A DNA stretch of 63,709 nucleotides, filler included, from Phoronis australis (GCA_002633005.1; 6 parts of 6 records of this genome joined end to end with filler, not necessarily neighbours in it); one strand, 5' to 3'. Shown: positions 11,401-25,335, numbered from the whole stretch's first letter. Translations and numbers: made by a program. Notes: generated from the letters alone by a model not told the origin.

Positions 11401-13905
11401 AATCAACATAGGCCTAAGTTGTGCTGTATTAAAAAAGAAAACAGGCAAAAAGCAAAATTCCACTAGGAGACACTAGAGGGTTGTCAGAACCATCTGAAAA
11501 GCAACGTCTGCCGAGCTGCTTTCAGGAGGTACAGATCTACCAATTTTCACAACAACCTATTGCCGGACTGCTTCAGTTTGCGGAATAGAGGGGCAGACAC
11601 CAAAATAATAAAAACAAGAGCACTGTGAAGCATTGAAAATGCACACACGATTACATCGCAAACTGTGTGCTTTTAGGGATGTTTGTTTATTTGTATCATA
11701 AAAATGGCCATTATATGGTACAAAATACGCACAATCCATCCGAAAACTGGAACGTGCCCATTTCCTTTAGAAATTGATTAGTATTAATTACCTGGTCTTT
11801 GATATTATTTTTTCTCTTTTCTGTTGACATTTGGAGCCATCTATTGTTTCGATTGATTATTAGTTTTGCATCTTGTAGAAGGCAATTGTGTAAATTACCT
11901 CTATGTACATTTTGAAGTGTATGAGAGATGCATTCCTCTACATATCATCTCTCTCATATGTTTTTGGAAAATATTGGATTTGAAATTAGCCAACATTGAG
12001 TAAGTACTCTACTGTTTTATTAATTATAATTTCTGGAACTGTCTGACGAATTCGCAGTTCATGGCATTGTGTATTTTATGTATAACTTGACTTATTTTTT
12101 TTCAAATCTGACCACGGGGTTTACGAATTAGTTACTTAAGTTTCCGATAGATGTAGCTTTTGAGTGTAAACAGTATTTCAAGATGGCTGCGCCCTTGGTC
12201 TGTTGCTAGTTGTGGTATTTTTCATCGATTTTCTATAGGCTGTTACTTAGTCTTTAATACTTTAAGTTTAATTTTTTATTTATTGTTTGTAGGTTGAACT
12301 TCTTGTTGACTTCACAACGAACTTTCATGCAATAAATGATGGTTTATACTTTGAAGTTCAAGTCTGAAGTTATAACTCACATGTAATTCCAATACCATCC
12401 CAGTAGGGACGTGACAAAGTCTTGTCTAAACGCTGATTGGCTTTTCCCAGATATTGCGTAATGGCGATTATCGATAAGACAGCCATTGTCTCACGGTGGC
12501 TATAGTATTTCAGCTCTCTCTCCTCCAGAAACCAAGAAAACAGGGAACCACATTATTGATGACGTAGACCGTAAATTCTTCTGGGCATACGTCATTTTCT
12601 TTGTTGAATTTTCATTCTTGTCAAAGCATGTCACTGGTGAGAAGTTGGGGGAATTTTTTGCTCCTGTTTGACTGCTTGTATTTTGAAAGGTAAGTTATTT
12701 TCTCTTATGAAATGTGTTCTTTATTCTTATTTTATATCTTTTGCAACTGCTCACCAAATTTCAATTCAATCAAATCACCGTATCATGGTCTGCTAACTCC
12801 NTCTCTTGCTAGTTGTGGTATTTTTCATCGATTTTCTATAGGCTGTTACTTAGTCTTTAATATTTTAAGTTTAATTTTTATTTAATGTTTGTAGGTTGAA
12901 CTTCTTGTTGACTTCACAACGAACTTTCATGCAATAGATGGTTTATACTTTGAAGTTCAAGTCTGAAGTTATAACTCACATGTAATTCCAATACCATACC
13001 AGGCAATTTGTGTTTACTCAACTACGGGTTGATCCACTGCCAATAGCGGACACAGCGTTTGACGGATGCATCTGAGAATCATCATCGTGTATGGTCAACT
13101 TCATATGAATACACTTCAAAGCGCACAGAAAAGCAAAACTGCCACTAGGAGGCACCACAGTAGTCAGTCATCAGAAAGTCATCATCAGCATTTCTTTTCA
13201 TAGCAAGAACATACATGCCAATTTTCACAATCATCCTTGGAGCAGTTGGTTGATGCCGAAAGCAGTAAAAATGACCACCAGGTGACGCCAAATAGCTCGA
13301 ATCCGTCCAAAAATGGGAGGATAGCAGTATATCACTAATAGATGCTTATGTGCTAAATTCATCAAAATTCCATTGAGGACCTTTGGAGATGCAGATGTAA
13401 ACGTAACAAAAATAAAATTGCCACTGGGGGGCACACCTGTAGTCAGATCCATCCGAAATACGTCTTCATCTGTCAACTTCAAAGAAACTCATTTATCGAA
13501 TTTCATCAAGATCCTGTGAGGGGTTTAGGAGATACAGTTGCAGACACCGGATGCCCAGAGAGAGATGATGGCAATACGCACCCACGTATAAATATGTGGA
13601 GGTATAAAAAATCACCACTGCAGCAGCAGAATACTCGGATTCCATCCAAGAACTGAAACGTGTCGTCTCCCTAATAGGACACTATTTGCCACATTTTACA
13701 AAAATCTGTCTAAGATCTCCCAACATACATCGGTAAGAATAAAAAATAAAATTGCCACTTAGGCGCACATTGGTAGTTTGATTTGTCCAAAAAAAACCTC
13801 GTCCCCCTAGGAGCACATCTGGCAACCTCCACGAACATCCCCACGGTTTGAGAGATACAGCACTAGATGCAACCATATTACCTAAATGTGCACACTGTAT
13901 AAAAG
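8423..13905 (-). mobile_element. Further same-orientation HINE copies/fragments (approx. 8423-8753, 10030-10400, 10447-11249, 11250-11770, 13030-13610, 13610-13905), interspersed with other DNA
   Basis: Recurrent TGCCACTAGRRGGC / CCAAATTTCATGAAAATCC / GAGATACAG unit, with repeated end hairpins at ~8720, ~11215, ~13576 and start motifs at ~10447, ~11613. Confidence 0.75.
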
Positions 13906-13949
13906 TGCATAAAATCAAACATCTATACTTAATGTTCAGGATGGCATGT

Positions 13950-14140
13950 AACAGTGTGACCCAGTGGTTTGAGCTCCGGACACCTGTTTGGGAGACCTGG
14001 GTTCGAATCCTAGCTTCACTGGTTGACCATCAAACATTGTACAAAGGTGTCCCATACTCCTCTGAGCTTGGTATACAAGTGAATATATGCAAGGTAGTGA
14101 ATGAGAAGCAGGATATAATGCGACAGCAATTTTTGGGGCT
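13950..14140 (+). mobile_element. tRNA-derived SINE-like head
   Basis: A box TGACCCAGTGG (~13957) and B box GGTTCGAATCC (~14000) at tRNA spacing; no intact cloverleaf. Confidence 0.55.
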
Positions 14141-14199
14141 GTTCTCATATCAAATGTAATTACACTAAATAGTTACTTAAATTAAAGACACATAAAAGA

Positions 14200-15721
14200 C
14201 AAGGCTTGGAATTTTCAGCGGAAACGCGGATTTCCGCTTTTTTCTTTTAGCCCCTCCGCGTATTTTCATTATATTATACTTCCGCGGAAAAAATCCGATT
14301 TGCCATGAAACTATCGCGGCAAATTGGTTTCTTTCCGTAGCGTTGCCGACAGGTCGAAAAGCGGAAACTGCACTTTATGTTTCGGAGGAATGAAAATTGT
14401 AATTTCGGTACACAGGCGCTCGAATTTCTCGATGACTCGTTATCATATACAAGAAACATGCTTTCTTAGTAGTGAGTGATGTCGGAGGCAATCGAGGAAT
14501 AGATAAATTCAAGCGCCTGTGCCTGGGATAGCGTGGTACATCAATGGCGTCTGCATTTGGCATAAAATCGCGGCGACCAATAGTGCGATTCTGCTGTCAA
14601 AAATGTCTTGAAGAAGAACATAACTCAAGTTTTGTGCTCTCTAAACTTTGAGAGAGGAACAATTATGGAGTGCGTGGGCAACTAGTCGCCTCGGACTAAG
14701 TTGGAGTCGGAGGATCGACTGAAAATGATGAAACACCAGAAATAACAACGCTCCCTGAAAGGAAATTCAACCGTAACCGGTTATTCGTTGGATTGGAATC
14801 GTGGGATGTGAGTGATGTATGAAATTCTTTTGTTTGATCCCACATGCGCGCCCGTTGCCGTTGGCTGCTAAGCCCTAACTAAGGCCAGACCACTTTGAGT
14901 GCAATTTCCTACGTGCCGCCGAAACGGGATGCAAAGTGCTATTTTCGTTACTGCAAATGCGTTTTAAATTGCCTTTTATGTATTTCAATTTATCTTGGCA
15001 ATTTTCGTGTTCTATTTTGTGACGAGAGTTTCGCAATTTTAGAGAAGTGGTCACATGACAGATTCTGAATGATCTGATTGGTCTAAGCCATTGTTTACAA
15101 ATTCTGCCTATTTTCAGTGTCCTGATAGAACTTTATTTCTTATGTCACATAGTTTCTTCTACAACAGCGTGACTTATGAACAATTAACTCCTGTAATTAC
15201 TGTTTGAAACTGAAAAGTTTGGCCAACTTAGGATTGTGATTGATGCATTCTATAAAGTATGTTGTTTTTGACTTTCATTTTTCCATGCTAACAGTTGGGG
15301 TATGAGCCACAGGTTTTCGATTTGCATTGGAATTAAAATTTTTTTGGAATTAAATGTGTATTTAATTCAGGCTTTCTAGGTGATCTATGCATCAAGTTTC
15401 AATTTTTTTGTAATTTTGTATCGTAATCATAAGAATTGAAAATAATGCAAAGTAGTGCAGCAAATCAAGAATAGGCTCCTGCCACTCAGACTGCAAATTT
15501 TTCATCATTATCCCCATTTTAATTTTGAAAAATATTTTTTGTTGCATCTAATTGCCTTCATTGTTGTTGCTGAAATAGATATCAGGTACTGCTTAAGATG
15601 AGTGCGTTTTGCCGACACGACACAGTAACTTTCGATCTGTTGAGGTATAGTTTAGATTGAAATGTGCATTTAGGGCCGTAAAAATTTCCTCTTTTTTTGT
15701 CATGGGTCATTCCAAGCCCTG
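14200..15721. mobile_element. hAT-like non-autonomous DNA transposon
   Basis: TIRs CAAGGCTTGGAAT (14200) and ATTCCAAGCCCTG (15721); subterminal GCGGAA repeats; TSD only approximate. Confidence 0.6.
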
Positions 15722-15878
15722 GTAAAGAAACATTCAACTTGTACAGAACTTGTCTCATGATTATTTGTAATTGTTCTGTATACTTGTTCTTGTTATCAAA
15801 GCAATTATATTAGTCTCTAACAATGAATACAAAACAAAACTAACATGACTCCAGTCAAAAAGAAATAGGTGCATTTGT

Positions 15879-16044
15879 TCAGTCAGGGAGAACTACCCTC
15901 AGAACATAAAATTTCTCAAATAAATCATCAGCTGGGTATCTGTTCTTCGTCACAAGAATAAATTTGAAGTTTTTGGTGAAGTAGTCATTAAACTGTAACC
16001 GGCTGTATTGGTCCCCATCTGTATCACGTATCATATCAGTATAC
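15879..16044 (-). CDS. Terminal coding exon resembling IQ motif and ankyrin repeat protein 1 (IQANK1) C-terminus
   Basis: Strong acceptor ctctttattctgatctattctAG; open frame YTDMIRDTDGDQYSRLQFNDYFTKNFKFILVTKNRYPADDLFEKFYVLRVVLPD*, resembling the recalled IQANK1 end (Y..L+R.TDG.EY....F......F+...VTK...P.......+RV.LP). Confidence 0.6.
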
Positions 16045-16949
16045 CTAGAATAGATCAGAATAAAGAGTGAATTTGTGGTATTATACGAGCAACTGTCGTC
16101 CCACTAAGTACACAATGGGGGAATAAATCTTATGATAGGTACACATTGCACACACTGAAAATATGTTCCTCACACTGCCCTCATGTGACTAGTGTGGTGC
16201 TGCAAATGACATTACTATGACTTCAGGAATTTGTGGGATGGACGCCACTGGACATGCCAAAGTTAATCCTCAGATGCAAACAACGACCATGGGGTCTTGA
16301 GTGTTTCCACCATAAAGGCGAATGGCACGCAGGCCAAACAGCATCTTCTACTGCGCCAGAATAGCACTTAGTGAATAGATGACAAAACATAATGGGTTCC
16401 ACTCAGACTTCAGCACGTGCACATACATTCATGGTATCAGTTAAAAAATCATTATTGGCTTTCCCATAGACTGTGGCAGTAGAACCATCAACGACTCTAT
16501 GACAATCTGCAGCACACACCCTCATCCAGACATTAAATACGTTGTAAGTACACTTCATCCCAACTCACTTCACAAATTCTTAGTTTGAAATTTTGCTTTC
16601 TTTTCTCTCACCTTCTAGAAGTTAATAATGAAATACTACTGGTTCCCCAAAAATTAACCAATCAAACATCTGAGCAAACTCCTAAGGAAAAATAACCTTA
16701 AGTTTTTACAATTTTGATTATGAGCAGAAAAGGCTAGGATGAAGTATGTTGCCGTTCAAGCTAAAAGCACACACCGCCATCTTCAAAAAGTGACAGCCAT
16801 TAATGACTCCTTGTTATCATTTCCTTGGACAATTGATACAGCACACAAGATTTTAAATGCTCTACTGTTTCATTTTACATTCAATGGAGTGCAATTTTAA
16901 TTATCTGGGAAGTTCAAAACAACAATCTTGAAATCTATTTGAAACTGAG

Positions 16950-18954
16950 ACCAACATGGAGCGTGGAAATGCAAAAACGATAGCACCGCAAAAGGTGTAC
17001 TTCTATGGGTGTTTTACTATCATAAAATTGGACATTAGATGGTGCAGAATAGTCTGTTAAACCCATCCGAATTGAGAAGGTGGCGTTGTCTCTGCAAAAC
17101 AACTATTTGCCAAATTTCGTGAAAATAAGCTAAGGAACTTCTAAGATAAAGAGGCAAACGTAAAAAAACAACTGACACTAGGGGGCTCAGCTGTATTCAG
17201 ATTGGTCTGAAACTCATCGTCATCTGTTGCCATCTCTTTTGATGACCATCTGCCAAATTTTGAAAAGTTCCTTCAAATGGTTAAGGAGATACAGATGCAA
17301 AAAACCTAAATTGACCATAAGGGGTGCCAGAATTGTCAAAAACATCCGAAAAACAACATCAGACAGGGTCTTCGCATCAGGAACACAACCACCCACATTC
17401 ATAATTGTCCTTTGAGTGATATGGCAGTTAGAGAGACAAAGGTCAAATCATACGCAAAAACTTTTAAACGGCCTCCCTGTAGCACAAAAAAACATCAAAT
17501 TGGTGTGAAAATGGGAAGGCGTTGCCTCCTTAATAGAACCCTATTTGGCGAATTTAATGAAAACAAATTCACAAAGTTCGAAGATAAAGAGGTAAACATA
17601 AAAAAATATTTTGTTACTAGGATCACAGTGATATTTGAATTAGTATGACACTTGTAACCATATGTCAATGGCTCCAAAGGAGTACATCATTAACAAGAGC
17701 AACGCAGAGCATTGAAATGCGCCCACAATTACACCGTATACGGTATCCTTCTAGGGTTGTTTATTGGTACCATAAAGTGGCCAGTAGAGGGCATATATAT
17801 AGTATGTTGTACTTTGCAAAATGGAAAGGCATGGTCATTGTCTCCTCAATAGGCTAGGGGCAAAATGTGAGTGATTTTCATAATGCAAGCACATCCTATA
17901 CATCAGTTGCTTAAAGCACCACAGAAACGTAGAATTAAAAACAAATTTACCAACATACGAGATTAGCACAGCATTAAAATGCCAGAAACAAATTTCTACT
18001 TAGAACTTTTCCTTCATAGTCACGAAGTAACACAAAGTATATACCCGAAGACCTACGAAAATACAGAGGTCAATGTAAAATACTAAAATTGCCACTAGAG
18101 GCATACCGGTAGTCAGAATCATCCTAAAGTCGTCATCGTCCGTTGTCAACATCACATAAATACACTTGCTAAATTTAGTAAAGATCCTGCAAACGGTTTG
18201 GGCCATGGGCGCAAAAAAAAAACTGCCACTAGGAGGTGCCACAGTGTTCAAAGTCATGGGAAATTCAGCGTCAACCGTCAACAAGAACATACATGCCAGT
18301 TTTCACAATCATGCTTAGAGCGGTTAGGTTGATAGAGAGTGGATGCCAAAAAACAGACTCAAAGACAGTAAAAATGGCCACTGGGTGTCGCAAACTAGGT
18401 CGAATCCATCCGAAAACGGGAGGATAGCGTCATCGCACTAATAGGTGCGTACATACCAAATTTCATGAAAATCCGTCAAGGACTTGTGAAGATACAGAGG
18501 TAAACGTAAAAAAATAAAATTGCCACTGCGGAGCACACTGGTAGGCGGATCCGTCCAAAAGTCGTCATCGTCTGTTGTTAACATCATATAAATACACTTA
18601 TTAAATTTCGTAAAGATCCTGCGAACGGTTTAGGAGATGCAGCCATAGGCGCAAAAAAACAAAACTGCCACTAGGAGGCGCCACAGTAGTCCAAATCGTC
18701 TGAAAATCATTGTCAGCTGTCCTCTTTATAGTAAGCACATACATGCCAATTTTCACAATCATCCTTTGAGCGGTATGGTTGATAGAGGGGTGGAAGCAAA
18801 AATACAGACTCGAAAACAGTAAAAATGGCCACTAGGTGGCGCAAACTATGTCGAATCCATCTGAAAACGGAAGGATAGCGTCATCTCACTAATAGGTGCC
18901 TACATACCAAATTTCATGAAAATCCGTTCAGGACTTTTGAAGATACAAAGGTAA
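16950..18954 (-). mobile_element. HINE copies and internal tandem array, running into a gap
   Basis: Same repeat unit as 7289-8422; start motif ACAAGAGCAACGCAGAGCATTGAAATGCGCCCAC at ~17693; well-conserved units at 18050-18954. Confidence 0.8.
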
Positions 18955-19054
18955 NNNNNNNNNNNNNNNNNNNNNNNNNNNNNNNNNNNNNNNNNNNNTT
19001 AATTAATTAANNNNNNNNNNNNNNNNNNNNNNNNNNNNNNNNNNNNNNNNNNNN
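18955..19054. other. Scaffold gap (44 N + TTAATTAATTAA + 44 N); same at 43307-43406, 49975-50074, 56040-56139, 61506-61605
   Basis: Identical 100-bp structure five times; artificial six-frame-stop linker. Confidence 0.97.
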
Positions 19055-22000
19055 TTAGCATAAGAATAACTGAACATTTGCAACTAAATAAGAATAACAA
19101 TAAGCGCAAAGTTACGAACGTCCCATCACATCTGTTTCTAAGAAGCTAACAGGAGATTGTTAAATTTTGAGTCCGAGTTAGTTGACCATGGGTATCAGTA
19201 TCTGAGGATTATCAACAATCCAACCCATTCCTATCAAACATGTCTAAAGATTCAACTGAGCGAATTGATCGGAAACTGATGATCTTTGGAAGACTTCAGA
19301 CACAAGTGTGCTTATACTTTCCTTGAGGGACCTGGATGACAAGTCGCTTCTTTGGAAAATTGTGAAAGAAGTGGAAAATCGTCCACATGGGCTACCACTT
19401 CTGTCACCATGTGTCATTCACTACTTATTGGTATGACTAAGAATGACTTCACTGTAGCGATAATGTATGGGATATTTGTAGATGTTTGCCAAAAAGCCTC
19501 AACTCTGTGCTGTACAGAGGCTATTGATAGCTTCGTGCATTCGCCATCATGCTGGCAATAGTGCGAGTTTGATCACATTTATAGCTTATAATTGTTTTTA
19601 AAGCATAATTTTAAGCAACGGTGACAAAGTTGATGATAGTAATTAGATCGGTGCTTGGGGCAGCCGCCTTAATTCAGAACACATAAATCATTCCTGATTT
19701 TTTCCATCCTGAAATTTGAGGTATGAGTGATTTTTATATTTTCATATTTTTCAAATTCATATCGCTGTATTGTAGCATAACCAGTTGCAAGAATACTCTT
19801 GTAGGTTCACAAAAGTGAATCTCATGACAACCATTTAAAAAAGTTACCAGTCCCCTTGAATTTTTGACAGACAATTGTATGAATTTCTAAAGAATTGTGA
19901 CAAGCTCCGACTTCTATCAAAATAATTATTCACTATTCCAAACTAGAGAATTTTTGCTTCTATAATTTTTGATTTTCAGTGTGTGAATCTGATGGATGAC
20001 TGTTCTTGTTTATAAGGGGATCTGGTTTAAGAAAATGGGTTGATGACAATTTATTGTTTAGTTTTTGATCGTAAGTGATGGTGTGATAGTTTACACCAGC
20101 TTTACTTTATATCAGTAAAATGTCAGTGACAAAAGGTAGAAACCATATGTGACAACAGATATCAATAGTCCATTTCAGTTAATGACTCTGAATCAGATGA
20201 TAATAGTGGTAGTACCCGTGTGGTTAAAGAGTCATGACATAATGCTTTCGATATAAAAATCTTGAGGGACTCTCTAATATGTAAGCTACCAGTGTTTTTC
20301 TCACAACAAATGATGCATGTGTTGTCAAAATCAGTTGCATACTGAGTTAACTACTGAATGATTTCTTAAGGGGGTTTCGATGAAAGAATGATATTTTATT
20401 AGGTTAGACTGATACATACCAAGAGAATTTGTGCCATATGATAAAATGTTATTGTTTACATATGTTTTGGAAAAAATAAATAGTGTAAGAGATCATGAAA
20501 CGTTACAATTGTGTCTTTAGCATCTAACGTCAATGTATAATACAGGATTACTTTCATTTACACATGTTATAGATTTTGATTCTCTATGTATAGTTCAGGT
20601 TGGAAATGCATGCCTACATGATGTTCTTTACACATTTGTTGCTTTGATAACACTATCACTGATGGTGTTAGTCTGTCAAAACCAAACATTAAAGTGCAAT
20701 TTTGAAAGTCAAATCATCCATGGAGTCTTATTTTAATGACGTGAATTTCCGACTCTGTCCCATTTTTTGTACTTCAGGGTGAGCTAAAATGGCTGCTGAG
20801 TTCCCTGTTAATTCCAGGTTGTTGTGTCTCTTGGGATATTACATTTTTATTTAGTGCATATGGATTGAATAAATGTATGATTTCGGTTACTTTTGGCAGC
20901 TTTCCGTAAAACTTCCAGGCTCAGATTTGGAAGTTTTGGGTATTAGAAAAGGCATAAAAACTGGAGCTGTGAAACCTGTTGTGATACGAATTGATATAAT
21001 TGAAAGTATTTTTGTCTGCATTAAAGTCACCATTCTAATATAATGTGTTCTTCGTCGATTACCACAATTGCCACGTGGATTTTAATGTCCGCCGCGTGAA
21101 TTGGGTCTATGGAACTTTACAAAACGTTCGTTTAAAAGGCTTAAGTTTGGAAATGTTAGGGCTTAAGGCGGGAATTTAAAAATCATTTGAATGTCTACTT
21201 ACAAAAATTTAACGTTGAAGAATATAAACAACCTTCACACCCATCTGGTGTTCCTGTACACGGGTTTATAAATCGGCTAAGTCGGTGATCCAAATCCCAA
21301 CGGAATGTGCGCATTCTGCTGAGATAGTAACCGCCTGATTAGAGCTAGCGAAGATGACTAATTTGGTTAATTCGCACACTAGACTATGGCTGAAGTTCTT
21401 CGTAAGGACAGTACTTCGTGAATTTCTATCTTTTGAAAGGTTTTTCTCCCACAGCCGATTATGGGGTCTGTGTACGCTATGGAAGCTAGCGTCTTTACAT
21501 TTCGCCTTTGTGGCCGAACACCACGCCACACACCAACCGACCATGATTAGCAGACGACGTACTTGCCGGAAATTACACCAGATAATTTGGCCAGGTGACG
21601 CTAGTGAATAATGACGTAACGGCTTGTGCGAAACAGCATAGAATTCGTCCATTGAAAGTGTACGGAGTTGGAGGTCAATGTGCTATAGTCTATGGTTAGA
21701 TAGAGTCTCTGCTTTTGCAGCACAGGTCATCTAAACGCACTTGAAAATGTGCACGTAATCATTCGTACTCGTACATATATTTCGAAAAATCGAGAAAATT
21801 TGTAAAACGAAGCTCTTTCGGAGCGTAATAATTTATTGGATTTTTAAATTCAAGAAGTCAGAATAAATATTGATTAAGTAATTAGCAAGAATAGATCCAT
21901 TTTAAATTACCCAGAATGCGTGTTCATTTACTTTTAAATCACGGGGTCAAACTTGTTGACATGTATTTTAACGTCAAAATCTATTTTTAGATGGTGTTTA

Positions 22001-24431
22001 CAACTTTGGTTTTGAGGTCAAAGCACTCTAGAGATTCAAGAAATTTCTGAGAACAAATAGTAACAGGAAATTATATGATCATGTGGTTTTTATTAGCCAA
22101 TCGCTAAATAAGTAGAATGTTGTGATATGGACCCAAATTAAGAGGATATTTAGATGAGCTACAGTAGTTGAACCGTAAGACTTGCTACAGTGCACAGAGA
22201 AAATTGTACAACAGAGTCATCTCGTGGAAGATTCTAGAGAGGATCTTGGCAAGGGCAAGGGAACAGTTCTCACATGGGTTTGCCTATAAGAACAAACGTC
22301 AATGGACTCTTCACCCTTTCTTCACTCTGTCAAAAACTGCATGCAAACAAAGAAAAGTTTTGAGTCATTTCACATCACAAGCCCTACAGATGCGCACAGG
22401 AACTTTATTCTCTCTTGTATTTTTTACCCTTTCACTCCCACTGGAAGCCAGTTAGACTAAGAAAAATATGGGGAAAAAATGCAAAATTGGCACTTTTTAC
22501 CCCAAAACCACCACTTCCCTGCCGATGCTCGACTAAAGCCAACATTAGATTCCAAAATCAAATGTCCTACCGATTCCAAAAATGTGGTCCTAAAGTACTG
22601 TCAACTAACTAGATTTTTTGCAAATCTGGCTAGTTTGAGGACTACCCGAAATTGCACCCAATTTCTCATTTGCTACACAGTAATGCACAATTGCAACAGA
22701 GGTCACCATCTTGAACATGGGGGCAGCTACAGCCGAGAAAGTGGTCTTTTTTATTCTCAGCGTCTTCACAAATACAAACAAACCACATTCACTTGGCCTA
22801 CAAACAATACCTATCTAAAAATGCCCCCAAGCCTGGCCTACCCCTACATTTTAATATTTTGGGAGTGCAAATTGAGTGTTCAGTGCAATCTTAACGAACA
22901 GGATGTTAACTAAGAGCTTGTCACTTGCATCGTGGGTAGTAAGATACTGCCTGAAGTATTGCGTCACCAGAGATTGCGACCAGCAAGGAGAATCGTCGGC
23001 AGAAGAAACTGCCTGCAAGTGTTGCGTCACCAGAGCCTGTGACCAGCAAGTACAGTGTTGCGATACATTGTTGTAGTTCGAAGATTCACCAACAGGACTG
23101 TCCCCCAATCTTCCAACAAGTGGAGAGACCTTAAGCTTGGATAGCAGATAAGACATTTGATTATTTAGTTGATTGATTGAAATAATCTTTAAAGGGGCGC
23201 TACCGTAGTTACTCTTCCTTGTAGTTGATTACTTAATTAACAACAGGTTTCACTTATATAATTAGTGGTTATAACATAAAAAATTAATAACTGGATTAAT
23301 TATTCTCTTTCTGTCTACGCACAATCTCAAAGCATAGCTACCTTTTAACAAACACACCATCAATCTCTGACAAAGTCAGTTTTGCGAATGCAAAATTGTA
23401 TTTTTTATATTTTTCAAGAGACCCCTCTTTGGTAAGGGATAACGAAGACAACATTGGGTTTATTTTTGTCGAATATATATGTATATCACTTGAGAAAAAT
23501 TGATAACCTCATTTCCAAAAAATATATAGATATTTTCATATCTAGGGGCCCCGCCCTTGAAGGAAAGTTAATCTCGCGTGGTGTCATTTTTGGGTTTAGA
23601 AACAAAAGTTCAACACTGACAATTTTAAATTACGTAATTTGTTTTTTGAAATGAAAATACTATTCAAATGTTTCATCAATTACAGTAGTACCGAACCCCC
23701 TTAATACATTTTGGAGTGCATTATGGTTAGTCTTTAACAAATGAGGTAAGTATAATTATCAAATTTTCAAAAAGTGTAGAGTTTTTAAATACAGTTCCCT
23801 TTTAAAAAAGAGAACTGTATTTTATTATGAATGAATTTTGGCTGGTTTTCTATGAGTTTTTGATTACTTCCACACATAATTCAGCATCAAAATGTAAACG
23901 TATATTAAATTTAATTAAAAAAATTGGTTGAAAGAGTTTTGTAATCACCCGCTTGGAGCACTGCTTCTCGCTACGTATCTGGCGGGCTCAAAGTTAGTCA
24001 GCGCTATATTTTAGTGTGGTGTTCTTCGTTGTCGGAATAAGAAATGTTATTGTGAAATGCCAGGGGCATGTAATAATCTATTTATATCACATACTGAACG
24101 AGAAATATTGCACTGAATCCATCTATCTTTCTCGAGTCGCCACGGCTTTGTAACTACTTTCTATGTCAGAGGCCCGGGGTCGGAAAAAGCCGAGCTATTT
24201 TTGTCAAATAATGCTTTTACTCAAAACCAATTGAAAATTTAAACAAAATAGAAATAAAGTGATTCTATAAAATAAGGTTTAGCAACTGTTTTAGCTTACT
24301 GCTCAGTTTATCACGCTAAGCTTCGACCGTGAAAATATCGTCTGCTAAATTAGGCTACCACTGGTCACTGAGTACAATGCTCAAGTCAAAGGATTCCGAC
24401 GACACGATACCGGCATTCAAATTGGAGATCG

Positions 24432-24635
24432 GTGAGAGAACATGAGAGAAAAATTCTACGGAATTAAAATATGGATTTTGCGTCATATTTTTCATAGCTT
24501 ATAAATGACTGTACAATGTACTTTGTTGAACATGCGATTGTATTCTATTTTCACGATCGATGACGTCAGATGCTGAGTGGTGCAGAAGCGAAGTCGACGA
24601 CTCAAAACTTCTGCGGACCGGATTCGAAACCGGTC
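24432..24635 (+). repeat. Interspersed repeat with internal tRNA-like A/B boxes, copy 1 (5'-truncated)
   Basis: Aligns by eye with ~41475-41703 and with the reverse complement of ~31950-32170. Confidence 0.75.
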
Positions 24636-25335
24636 TCGGTTGCTGCCAAAATGTTGTATTGGCCGTTCGAGCCTATTATTGTGGAATAAATGCATTTTCG
24701 TGTCTGTATTTCACACATTCTTATCGTCATGAGTGGCAACTTTAAAAATTCAAATTTTAATTGTCAAAAGTTGACAAATTTATTTTATGAAGTAAACAAT
24801 TGATTTGATTTGATTAGGAATAACTCAAATCACTCTCAGAATGTCTTAGATGGTGTTGTACTTCATCATTCAGAAATGGTAAGGTTTTTTCTAAAACAGG
24901 ATGAGGTTGCAAAATTTGTATATTTTTTGTCTTTTAAGCCTCATTTACAGCAATGGATGCTAAAAAGTAAAGTTAAAACAAAACAGCAGAATATATTAGC
25001 CTAGGCAACACAGCATATTATTCAATATCCAAGCAAACCAAAACTAAGGTTAATAATTCTATTAAAGTATGTAAAAGGGCCACCCTCAAGTGAATTGCAT
25101 TGAAATAAATAATGATTGCAACTGAAACTATTGCCTTTTAAATAACAACATCGCACTTATTATCATAAAAGAAAAACAAATGACCACAAAACATATTGTT
25201 ACCTTGTGATGCAGAAACAAAGCTGCATTGTCCATACCCTGATTTTAATGAATACCATGAAACTGAAATATTACTTAGTAAGTGAGTAACGTTGATCACA
25301 GACAGTCTCCCACCTAAAGATGTTAGGTTAAAAGG

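Noticed and set aside
12205-12998. ~195-bp direct repeats resembling LTRs
   Set aside because: No PBS or PPT; the second copy starts next to a single N (12801), suggesting a contig-overlap or haplotype artefact.
18999-19010. Palindromic TTAATTAATTAA recurring five times
   Set aside because: Always centred in 100-bp N gaps; artificial scaffolding linker.
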